Shown one piece after another: positions 54,678-64,000 of a stretch of DNA of 64,000 nucleotides. Position 1 is the stretch's first letter. Each line of letters opens with the position of its first letter. Source of the DNA: Eledone cirrhosa (lineage: Eukaryota); assembly GCA_964016885.1 (NCBI GenBank), contig OZ024743.1, positions 96,038,001 to 96,102,000 of the forward strand. The letters are read 5' to 3'. A program made the position numbers and the translations under genes. The notes beneath the pieces were generated by a model. The model ran no database searches, had not been told where the DNA came from, and saw only the letters and a program-made list of their open reading frames with translations.

Positions 54678-55287
54678 TGGTGGCTGCCAATTCGTTTTCG
54701 AGTACGGCCACTACTTTATATCCATGTAGGAGAACCCCTAACGATGCGCTGAACAAATGTGACTTTTTAGTCCAGCCAGCGACTTGAAAACTCTGGTACA
54801 AACACTACACTTGTGACAATTATTGACACATAGTGCTGGGCCCATGGTCCCATGTGATGAAAAGTGCAGAGAGATCTCCAGATATAAAGAAATGCCTGTG
54901 CTGTGAAGCTTTTATAGTGAGCACAGGCACTGCACAAAGCCAGTCCCACTCTCTTAACCAAGATGATATTTACCAAAAAGAAGAACAAGTCAACATCATT
55001 GGATACCATCAGGGTTGCAGGTGTTATATCAGAGTTTTCCTTCTCCTAGAATTCTGCCTTGACAAATGCTAAGGGGGTCATCTCTCCCGGTGATTTTGGA
55101 TTGCCATTGACGCTTAAGAGCTCCTTTGTCCTTTGACAGGTTTTGTTTTTAGTCCTGCAAGATGTCCAAAGTCACCCTCCTCACCAAGAAACGTTGGTGG
55201 GGTTGTCAGTTTAGTCGCCAACGACCCGACCATGAGACAGGTTGTACTGGGATACATGTTACCAGTAGCACCAACTGGTGACCTGAC
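54678..55287 (-). mobile_element. ~610-bp non-autonomous retroelement (possibly RTE-derived), copy 1
   Basis: Three highly similar copies share both ends (TGGTGGCTGCCAA ... GGTGACCTGAC) within (CATA)n. The minus strand contains CTAGGAGAAGGAAAACTCTGA, which resembles RTE 5'-region sequence; strand is inferred from this. Confidence 0.7.
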
Positions 55288-55336
55288 ATACATACATACA
55301 TACATACATACATACATACATACATACATACATACA

Positions 55337-55363
<27 letters not shown>

Positions 55364-55367
<4 letters not shown>

Positions 55368-56302
55368 TGGCTCCCACTTTGAAGGATACGCTTTTGTAAT
55401 CCAAGAATAGGAGATTAGCACGAAATACCTGATTCACAAAAGAGATAGGGATGCAGGCAAAACACCTAGATGTGATAACAAGTGCAGACTCTGCAGAACT
55501 AACATCGAGGATATCACCCATGTCATCAGCAGCTGCCCAAAGATGTCATCGCGGTACTATCTACCTATGAGGCATGATGTAGTGGCCAAAATACTGTACA
55601 ATGCAGTTCGTAAAAAAGATAGCCCCGATAATAAACACATTAAAAGCTACAACAATATGGAATACATCCATGTACCTAATATGAAAGTACTGGTGGAATG
55701 TTCCAGTAAAACCCCCAATAAAATGCAGGCATAACAGACCAGATATTATGATATGGGACAGGGAGAAGAAAACATGCACAGTAGTGGAAATTAGCTGCCC
55801 AGCAGATGCCAATATAATATCAAAGATTAGTGAAAAGGAGAATATTTATGCAGAACTGATGAGAAATCTGCAGATACTCCACCCTGATTACACCTTCAGA
55901 TTTATGCCTGTGATTATTGGGGCACTGGGATATGTTAGTAACTGCCTCAATACAAATCTTGAGAAGCTAGGCTTCACAGGAACAGAAAGAACACAACTAG
56001 TTAGGAAACTACAAGTACAATCCATTAATGGAACAGTAAAAATATGTAAAACATTACAAAAAGTTTGCATCTAATAACTGCATATACACATGTACAGATA
56101 CAAAGCATATACACATGCACACATACAACTCAAAACATCCACATCCACACATACAATAACATCCATATCTACACATGCATGCATACATACATATCTTCCT
56201 AGTTGATGTTGTGTAAATTCCAATGAGAGAGTCTTGTGTCTATGTTAGAAACCGACTCTCTGTCTATTGGTAAAACTTTGTGAAATTATAAAACCAGAAG
56301 AA
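55364..56302 (+). mobile_element. R4/Dong-like RLE retrotransposon, 5'-truncated copy C (CCHC, RLE and 3' UTR)
   Basis: KCRLCRTNIEDITHVISSCPK, MRHDVVAK, RPDIMIWD..VEISCP. Same 3' end followed by (CATA)n. Confidence 0.9.
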
Positions 56303-56376
56303 CATACATACATACATACATACATACATACATACATACATACATACATACATACATACATACATACATACATACA

Positions 56377-56984
56377 TGGTGGCTGCCAACTCGTTTTCGA
56401 GTACGGCCACTACTTTATATCCATGTAGGAGAACCCCTACCGATGCGCTGAACGAATGTGACTTTTTAGTCCAGCCAGCGACTTGAAAACTCTGGTACAA
56501 ACACTACACTTGTGACAATTATTGGCACATAGCGCTGGGCCCATGGTACCATGTAACGACAAGTGCAGAGAGATCTCCAGATATAAAGAAATGCCTGTGC
56601 CGTGAAGCTTTTATAGTGAGCAAAGGCACTCACAAAGCCAGTCCCACTCTCTTAACCGAGATGATATTTACCAAAAAGAAGAACAAGTCAACATCATTGG
56701 ATACCATCAGGGTTGCAAGTGTTATATCAGAGTTTTCCTTCTCCTAGAATTCTGCCTTCACAAAGGCTAAGGGGTCATCTCTCCCGGTGATTTTGGATGT
56801 CCATTGACTCTTAAGAGCTCCTTTGCCCTTTGACAGGTTTTGTTTTTAGTTCTGCAAGATGTCCAAAGTCACCCTCCTCACCAAGAAACGTTGGTGGGGT
56901 TGCCAGTTTAGTCGCCAACGACCCGACCATGGGACAGGTTGTTCTGGGATACATGTTACCAGTAGCACCAATTGGTGACCTGAC
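56377..56984 (-). mobile_element. ~610-bp non-autonomous retroelement, copy 2
   Basis: Same ends and internal sequence as copy 1. Confidence 0.7.
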
Positions 56985-57161
56985 TGTATTATATATATAT
57001 ACATACATACATATATACATATATACATACATACATACACATATACATATATATATATACATACATATATATATACATATACACACATATATGCATATAT
57101 ATATACATACATACACACATACATACATACACATATATACATACATGTATATATATATACA

Positions 57162-57768
57162 TGGTGGCTGCCAACTCGTTTTTGAGTACGGCCACTACTT
57201 TATATCCATGTAGGAGAAACCCTACCGATGCGCTGAACGAGTGTGACTTTTTAGTCCAGCCAGCGACTTGAAAACTCTGGTAGAGATACTACACTTGTGA
57301 CAATTATTGACACATAGCGCTGGGCCCATGGTACCATGTGACGACAAGTGCAGAGAGATCTCCAGATATAAAGCAATGCTTGTGCCGTGAAGCTTTTATA
57401 GTGAGCAAAGGCACTGCACAAAGCCAGTCCCACTCTCTTAACCAAGATGATATTTACCAAAAAGAAGAACAAGTCAACATCATTGGATACTATCAGGGTT
57501 GCAGGTGTTATATCAGAGTTGTCCTTCTCCTAGAATTCTGCCTTGACAAAAGCTAAGGGGTCATCTCTCCCGGTGATTTTAGATGGCCATTGACTCTTAA
57601 GAGCTCCTTTGCCCTTTGACAGGTTTTGATTTTAGTCCTGCAGGATGTCCAACGTCACCCTCCTCAGCAAGAAACCTTGGTGGGGTTGCCAGTTTAGTCG
57701 CCAACGACCCGACCATGAGACAGGTTGTACTGGGATACATGTTACCAGTAGCACCAACTGGTGACCTG

Positions 57769-57770
<2 letters not shown>
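57162..57770 (-). mobile_element. ~610-bp non-autonomous retroelement, copy 3
   Basis: Same ends and internal sequence as copy 1. Confidence 0.7.
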
Positions 57771-57801
<31 letters not shown>

Positions 57802-58242
57802 CATACATACATACATACATACATACATACATACATACATACATACATACATACATGTATTAGTACATTCCCATTTTGCCTATGTTTCTATCTTAAAACT
57901 AGATTAATATGAGAAAAGCCTCAACTGACCTGATTGTGTTCAGAATGTACTTCCTATTGTTTATGACAGCTGACGGCAGACTTTTAAACCCTCTGATTCA
58001 GTTGAAACAGATCACACCTCTCACTTGCAATGTAGTTTTATTATAGCTTTAAATAAAGGAATACCTTCCACTGTTATATATAATATATTTAATATAGAAA
58101 TGGCTTCTACAGGACTAGAACTGTTTCATTCGAAGGAAATCATCAATGTGTTGTTTACACTCTACTAATGTATTGAGTACCTTACTTACTGTGGTTACTC
58201 CCGATTGAACTCGGGACTCATACACACACACACATACATACA

Positions 58243-58555
<313 letters not shown>

Positions 58556-58625
58556 TATATATATATATATATATATATACCGTACCAAGAACAATTGTTT
58601 CACCTTAGCTGATAACCATGTCCAA

Positions 58626-58668
58626 TACGAGCTGAGGATCCGCTAAGGTGAAACAATTGTTCTCGGTA
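58626..58668 (+). ncRNA. Minimal type-I hammerhead motif with an upstream inverted copy of its 3' half
   Basis: TACGAG-CTGAGGA-TCCGCTAAGGT-GAAA-CAATTG-TT-CTCGGTA: stem I CGAG/CTCG, palindromic stem III ACAATTGT. Bases 58583-58609 are a 27-bp inverted repeat (1 mismatch) of 58642-58668. Confidence 0.65.
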
Positions 58669-58830
58669 TATATATACATAAATTTTGAGTATATGTTGGT
58701 TGTATACAAACACCTCAGTATGCAGATTGGAGCACTCGACGAAGTGCGCAGGTTGGTTTGGTCACTCCGGAGTAATGTAAAATAAAATAAAATAAATAAG
58801 TCAAATGTTTAAAATTTGGCTTCGTTTATT

Positions 58831-58885
58831 ACTGCTATATATATTTCGGTGACAGCCATCTTTGGCTGTCACCTCTTCAGGCAGT
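58831..58885 (-). ncRNA. Type-I hammerhead ribozyme with intact core
   Basis: Minus strand ACTGC-CTGAAGA-GGTGACAGCCA-AAGA-TGGCTGTCACC-GAAA-TATATA-TA-GCAGT-AATAAA: 5-bp stem I, perfect 11-bp stem II, palindromic (AT) stem III, AUA cleavage triplet. Confidence 0.85.
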
Positions 58886-59420
58886 CCGAATTAGTATGGT
58901 AGAGACGAGTACACATGTTGTTGAGGTGTTTAACTTTGTCAATACTCTGATATGCCCAGTTCCTGGTTGGATTGTTATTTCACTGAGGAACTGGAATCAT
59001 ATGAATTTAAAAATACGAATTTCAGCGTCAAAGGGCCTCTTCTCCTCTCATTGGTCAATTGTTAGAACATTCCTCAGTCAAAAGTCTATAGAAATTCGTT
59101 CTGAGGCAAGCCAATCTGTAGTAGTTGTTCTTGTTATTGTTAGGTACATCTGACCTCTATTCTTATGTTGGTAGTGGTATTGTTGTTAGAGTCAGCTCAA
59201 AAAAATGATAAAGTGGTAGAAGGAATAAGGTGGTAAAGGAACAAAATAAAATAAAATAATCAAATAAAATGTGTGTGTGTGTTATACCCATCTCAGTGTT
59301 ATAAAGATTTGTATGGCCACTCTTCCCATTGGTCAGTTTTGAGAGCATTCCTCAAATAAAAGTTCATCTGAGACTAAACATCAATAACACATACAACACC
59401 AAAGTAACAATACTAATAAT

Positions 59421-59575
59421 TGTTTCTACTTTAGGCACAAGGCCAGCAATCACCAGTGTATTACTGGTACTTTATTTTATCGACCCCGTAAGGATGAAAG
59501 GCAAAGTTAACCTCGGCGGGATTTGAACTCAGAATGGCAAGGGCCGTAACTCTATGCGTCAAAGCATGGCGTCCG
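59421..59575 (-). mobile_element. tRNA-derived SINE, 5'-truncated, with 9-bp TSD
   Basis: Family sequence, with ACTAATAAT at 59412-20 and 59576-84. Confidence 0.85.
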
Positions 59576-59682
59576 ACTAATAATGATTACACAAAAACAT
59601 ACCCGGACAAAAACAACGAAAATATTGACACCGACAGCAATGAAACGGACCTCAGTTGGTGACGACGATGCATTTACTAATT

Positions 59683-59765
59683 ATTGTTGTTGTTGTTATT
59701 GTTGTTGTTGTTGCAGTAGTAGTAGTAGTAGTAGTAGTAGTTGTTGTAGTTGTTGTTGTTGTTGC

Positions 59766-59798
<33 letters not shown>

Positions 59799-60245
59799 TG
59801 CTGTTGTTGTTGTTGTAGTTGTTGTTGTTGCAGTAGTAGTAGTAGTTGTTGTTGTTGTTGTAGATGTTGTTGTTGCAGTAGTAGTAGTAGTAGTTGTTGT
59901 TGTAGTTGCTGTTGTTGTTGTCGATAGTGTTGTTGCAGTAATAGTAGTAGTTGTTGTTGTAGTTGTTGTTGTTGTTGTTGCAGTAATAGTAGTAGTTGTT
60001 GTTGTAGTTGTTGTTGTTGTTGTTGCAGTAGTAGTAGTAGTTGTTGTAGTTGTTGTTGTTGTTGTTGTTGCAGTAGTAGTAGTAGTAGTAGTAGTTGTTG
60101 TTGTTGTTGTAGTTGTTGTTGTTGTTGTCGATAGTGTTGTTGTTGTTGTTGTTGTTGTTGCAGTAGTAGTAGTAGTAGTTGTTGTAGTCGTTGTTGTTGT
60201 TGTCGATAGTGTTGTTGTTTTAGTTGTTGTTGTTGTTGTTGATAG

Positions 60246-60279
<34 letters not shown>

Positions 60280-60440
60280 ACCGTTGTTGTTGTTGTTGTT
60301 GTTGCTGTTGTTGTTGATAGTGTTGTTGCCGTTGTTGCCGTTGTTGTTGAGGGTGTTATTGTTGATGATGATGATGGTTTTTATATTGTTGTTATTGTCG
60401 TTGTTGTTGTTGTTGTTAACATTATTATTATTATTATTGT
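59683..60440. repeat. Compound (GTT)n/(GTA)n trinucleotide microsatellite
   Basis: Read directly. Confidence 0.97.
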
Positions 60441-60573
60441 CGTCTATAAATTGGTTTCAGTGGTGTTCTTGCAGCACACTTCACTTTTTGGTGTAAATAC
60501 AATTATATTATTAATTTATAGAAACATATTTGTACGTGTGCCTGTGTGAGAGATAGGTGTGAGTACAGGAACA

Positions 60574-60576
<3 letters not shown>

Positions 60577-60659
<83 letters not shown>

Positions 60660-60661
60660 AA
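60577..60661. repeat. (GAAA)n microsatellite
   Basis: Read directly. Confidence 0.97.
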
Positions 60662-61166
60662 TGAGCTGTTAAGTATTTTATAAATTTGGTAATTGATCAT
60701 ATTCAGAACAAAGTTTCCCGCTTGACAATTCTCATTTGTTATGCATCGCACTGAAAAATAATTTATAACGTTATTTATTTTCGTTTTTAGTTTCCATCTT
60801 CACCGATTTTTCTTATTGTGTGATAAGAACTTATCCTTTGTGTGACCAAGAGAATGGAAAATATGTCTTGTAAATCAACAAACATTGTCTTTTTAAAAGA
60901 GCAACATTTCACAATTGCTGTGAAATTATACTAAACATCGCTTATGAATATAATGGTTAAAATATATGACGGAAGAACGAATGTGACATATTGTATTTGC
61001 ACTGGTGTAAGTTATATCCCTATAATAAGATAATCTGGCCACGGTTGAATAAGTTCTGAATAGGCAAGGAGAGCGGGGTTATTTATTTGTTTCGGCTCTC
61101 TAGGCTCTGTCTTCAAATATTGCCAAAATAACTTTACCTTTCATCTTTCTTGATAGATAAAATATC

Positions 61167-61325
61167 TGTTTCTACTTTTGGCAGATCAGCAATTTGAAAG
61201 GATTTGGGAAACGTCGATTAAATCGACCCCAGTGTGTTACTGGTGCTTTATTTTATCGACCACGTAACGTTGAAAGACAAAGTTAACCCCAGTGGGATGT
61301 GAACTCAGAATGTAAAGAAGTGCCA
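61167..61325 (-). mobile_element. Degenerate SINE of the same superfamily (further fragments at ~61050-61165 on +)
   Basis: TGTTTCTACTTTTGGCA..TACTGGTGCTTTATTTTATCGACC..GAAAGACAAAGTTAACC..TGAACTCAGAA. Confidence 0.65.
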
Positions 61326-61898
61326 GTTGAGATGAATGAAATGGTAGAATTGTTAGGACCTGGGTTCAGATGCCATTTTGAGTTATTCACATAGATATAA
61401 GCAAATGCTCGGTTTAACAACCAAAAAACCTGGTTACTGAATGCTTTTAGTGAAGTTCATTTTATTTCAAGCATTCGGGCCATATCTCCGGTTTGATGAT
61501 AGCTGCGCTGCCTATACGTTGCAGTAGATTTTCTTCACTTCTTGTTCATTCCAAACAACTTTAAAGTGATTAACACAGCCTGCTAGATAAGTTTTACACG
61601 TAACCGAAAGGTTTCACTTTTTTCACACTCAACTATACCGAAGAATACTGTCGACAGGGTCGGCAAAATTTAGATGAACACCAGGGAGATTCCCTCGTCA
61701 CATAACGCATTCAAAATGTTAATCAGAAAGCCATTATCCTCAACAAACTTTTAAAAGCGCTACATATAATAATGTCACATATCTGAAATGACGTATTCAC
61801 TATCATAATATAATAAAAGGAGGAGTGCGGGACTGCGTCCTGAATATATTTTTCTTACCCCGTTTGTAAAATAAGTTGGATTTCTTTGAATAAATAAT

Positions 61899-62085
61899 TG
61901 TTTCTACTTTTTGGCACAAGGCCAGCAATTACCCAGTGCATTACTGGTACTTTATTCTATCGACCCCGGAAGGATGAAAGGCAAAGTTAACCTCGGCGGG
62001 ATTTGAACTCAGATCATACAGGGAGGTAACTCTATGCTTCAAAGCATGGCATCCGACCCTCTACCGATACTGCCAATCCACCGCC
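61899..62085 (-). mobile_element. Full-length tRNA-derived SINE with 18-bp TSD
   Basis: TTTCTTTGAATAAATAAT at 61881-98 and 62086-103; A and B boxes intact. Confidence 0.92.
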
Positions 62086-62802
62086 TTTCTTTGAATAAAT
62101 AATGAATGAATATTACATAATTTATGTACTAAATTTTGTAACTCTTGATTAAATATAAATAATTGTATTGCTTATTTCAAGATTCGCTTCTTTTAAAATG
62201 TTCAAATGTCAATACTTCCGGTTATGATGTAATGGACGCTATATCACATGGTTTATATTTCCGTCGCTAATTTTCTCCTTTATCATTTTCATAAAATTTT
62301 GCCGTGATGCAGTTTATATATATTATCTTTTTTAAATGTATCATGGATTACTTTACTGATTACAGAAGAGAGTGTAACACACTCTCTTCAATTTCTGTGG
62401 ATATTGTCAATTACGATTTTATTTGAGGTATTATATCTACATGCATATAATATCAATATGCACGCTACACATACTAGCAGAAGTTTTTCTACTAGTACAT
62501 TTAAACATGTTAACTCCATCCCAAACGGCAGTCTGACTGATTCACAAACCTTCATTCACTTTATTTCTCAAAGGTATCACCTTGAACATTCTCTCTGCCA
62601 CGAGTTCCCTACAAACATCAAACTATATCAAACTTAACGTTTCTAAAGCCTTTCAGAATTTCCACTTCGTATATTTTATTCCTCATTTAGATTTATTATA
62701 TTATAGCTATATGATATTTCACTAGTCCGACCCTTCTTAACCCTTCTTTCACTTTTCCTATCTTTGCTCAATATATTTGATAGCAAATTTTGTTGGTTAC
62801 AG

Positions 62803-62866
62803 GTTTCCAACAAACCAGTTACTAGTTCACTTCATTTGTGACGTCAAGTATGAGGAGCAAGTGTTT
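62803..62866 (+). other. Candidate exon containing a start codon (ATG 62850)
   Basis: Acceptor TTTTGTTGGTTACAG and donor GTAAGT (62867). The ATG has A at -3 and encodes MRSKC plus 2 nt. Confidence 0.45.
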
Positions 62867-62959
62867 GTAAGTCGATGTATCACAAGTGACTTCATTTCTA
62901 AAGCACTGTCTTGTTTTCGGTGTTTATATCCTTCACCTATAAACCTCTGCGAAAAATAT

Positions 62960-63053
<94 letters not shown>

Positions 63054-63054
63054 A

Positions 63055-63244
63055 TAGGAAAAGAGTCAGAATCCCAACGGCAGAGCTCAAGCCGTTTCGA
63101 CAGCTACTCCAGAAATAGCTGTCGAAACGGCTTGAGCTCTGCCGTTGGGGTTCTGACTCTTTTCCTATTACCCACTCTACTACCCAAAGTATCGATTACT
63201 CTGGTGTGTTATGGTCCACCTGGTTGCTTACCACACTTCCTTCG

Positions 63245-63245
<1 letters not shown>
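63055..63245 (+). mobile_element. Penelope-like fold-back terminus, copy c
   Basis: ~52-bp arms with one mismatch (63055-63167), tail 63168-63245 (78 nt), then (TA)n. Confidence 0.78.
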
Positions 63246-63283
<38 letters not shown>

Positions 63284-63501
63284 CGTATTTTTCAGTCGAC
63301 CGCTGCGCAATATGCTCAAATCGGGGACCACGTAGTTCCGAAGCGAACCACACAATAATTTCTCTCTCCATATATGACACCCTGTTATTTATTGAGTACA
63401 TGTTTCAAGTGGTATTCAACTATTAACTTGTCGATCATTCATTTGTATTTATGTTAAAACTATGTTCTATCTTAGCTCTGTTTTGTGTTGTCTTTCCACA
63501 G

Positions 63502-63775
63502 GGGTTGTTTGATTTGTACATTTTCATTCTTATTGTTGTAATATATGCTTCTTCGGTATTTTAAGGACAGAGAACAAAGGACAGTACCCATGTCTTTTAC
63601 AAGGCCTCCCAGTTTGGTGGAAGAAAGTTTTCCTCGGACTGAAGCACTAACCCGAGTATTTGTAGGCTCTGCAAAAGACAGCCTTAAACGGTCTCTATCA
63701 TATGTCATTCACAAGGCTTTGATCGACACAAGGCTATGTTCGATGACTCATGAGTAGGATTCAGTTGGAAACCAA
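63502..63775 (+). pseudogene. Candidate second exon of a type-II-membrane-like protein with two in-frame stops
   Basis: Acceptor TTGTCTTTCCACAG and phase-0 donor CAA|GTAAGT (63776). Spliced to the ATG exon it reads MRSKCLGCLICTFSFLLL*YMLLRYFKDREQ...LCSMTHE*DSVGNQ. Confidence 0.45.
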
Positions 63776-64000
63776 GTAAGTGTAAAGATAATTTAGAAAC
63801 TATATAGCCATGCCTGCCCTCAATTTATTCCAACAATTGTTTCTGCACACAACTGACTGATTGACTCTAGTTATGTTCTGTCTCATTTTATTCTTATAAT
63901 ACTACTTACAGTGTTTTTATCAATATTTTATTTCTTGTTCTAGTGAGTCTTATCTATGTGCAGTCTCTTCAATTAGACTAAACTTAATTTATTTTTGGCT

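Noticed and set aside
57680-57770. HDV-like ribozyme at the end of the ~610-bp element
   Set aside because: A P4-like hairpin, CUAA and P2-like CCAGT/ACTGG are present, but I could not place P1 or a normal-sized P3/L3, so it is not called.
58105-58150. Hammerhead-like TTGATGA..GAAAC..GTC on the minus strand
   Set aside because: C3 is missing and stem I does not pair properly; at most a decayed remnant.
59583-60549. Poly-Val, poly-Cys/Ser and poly-Leu ORFs
   Set aside because: These come from the (GTT)n/(GTA)n microsatellite, with no splice or domain support.
60662-60760. Possible minus-strand exon after TTTTTCAG
   Set aside because: No donor site before the (TTTC)n run and no recognisable product.
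62210-62850. ETS-like ACTTCCGG (62214) and CRE TGACGTCA (62839) as a promoter for the candidate exons
   Set aside because: Short motifs are expected by chance, and there is no TSS evidence.

Overview
Eukaryotic, repeat-dominated, almost gene-free window. The SINE family, microsatellite load and TTAA-flanked MITE look like a coleoid cephalopod such as Octopus; this is recognition from memory, not a verified match. Bases 1-27862 are a purine-rich 35-bp satellite with ~1.85-2.1 kb higher-order cassettes, and its huge minus-strand ORFs are artefacts. The rest is a nested pile of mobile elements and repeats: L1/Tx1-like LINE pieces, tandem non-autonomous Helitrons, a decayed Rep/Pif1 Helitron, a piggyBac-like MITE carrying a LINE fragment, tRNA-type SINEs, 68-bp and 23-bp satellites, and a nest of three R4/Dong-like RLE retrotransposons and three ~610-bp non-autonomous elements in (CATA)n. 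Penelope-like remnants include three minimal type-I hammerhead ribozyme motifs and three fold-back elements with an invariant 78-nt tail and half a hammerhead. Near the right edge are two candidate spliced exons for a type-II-membrane-like protein interrupted by in-frame TAA and TAG. No intact protein-coding gene is supported.
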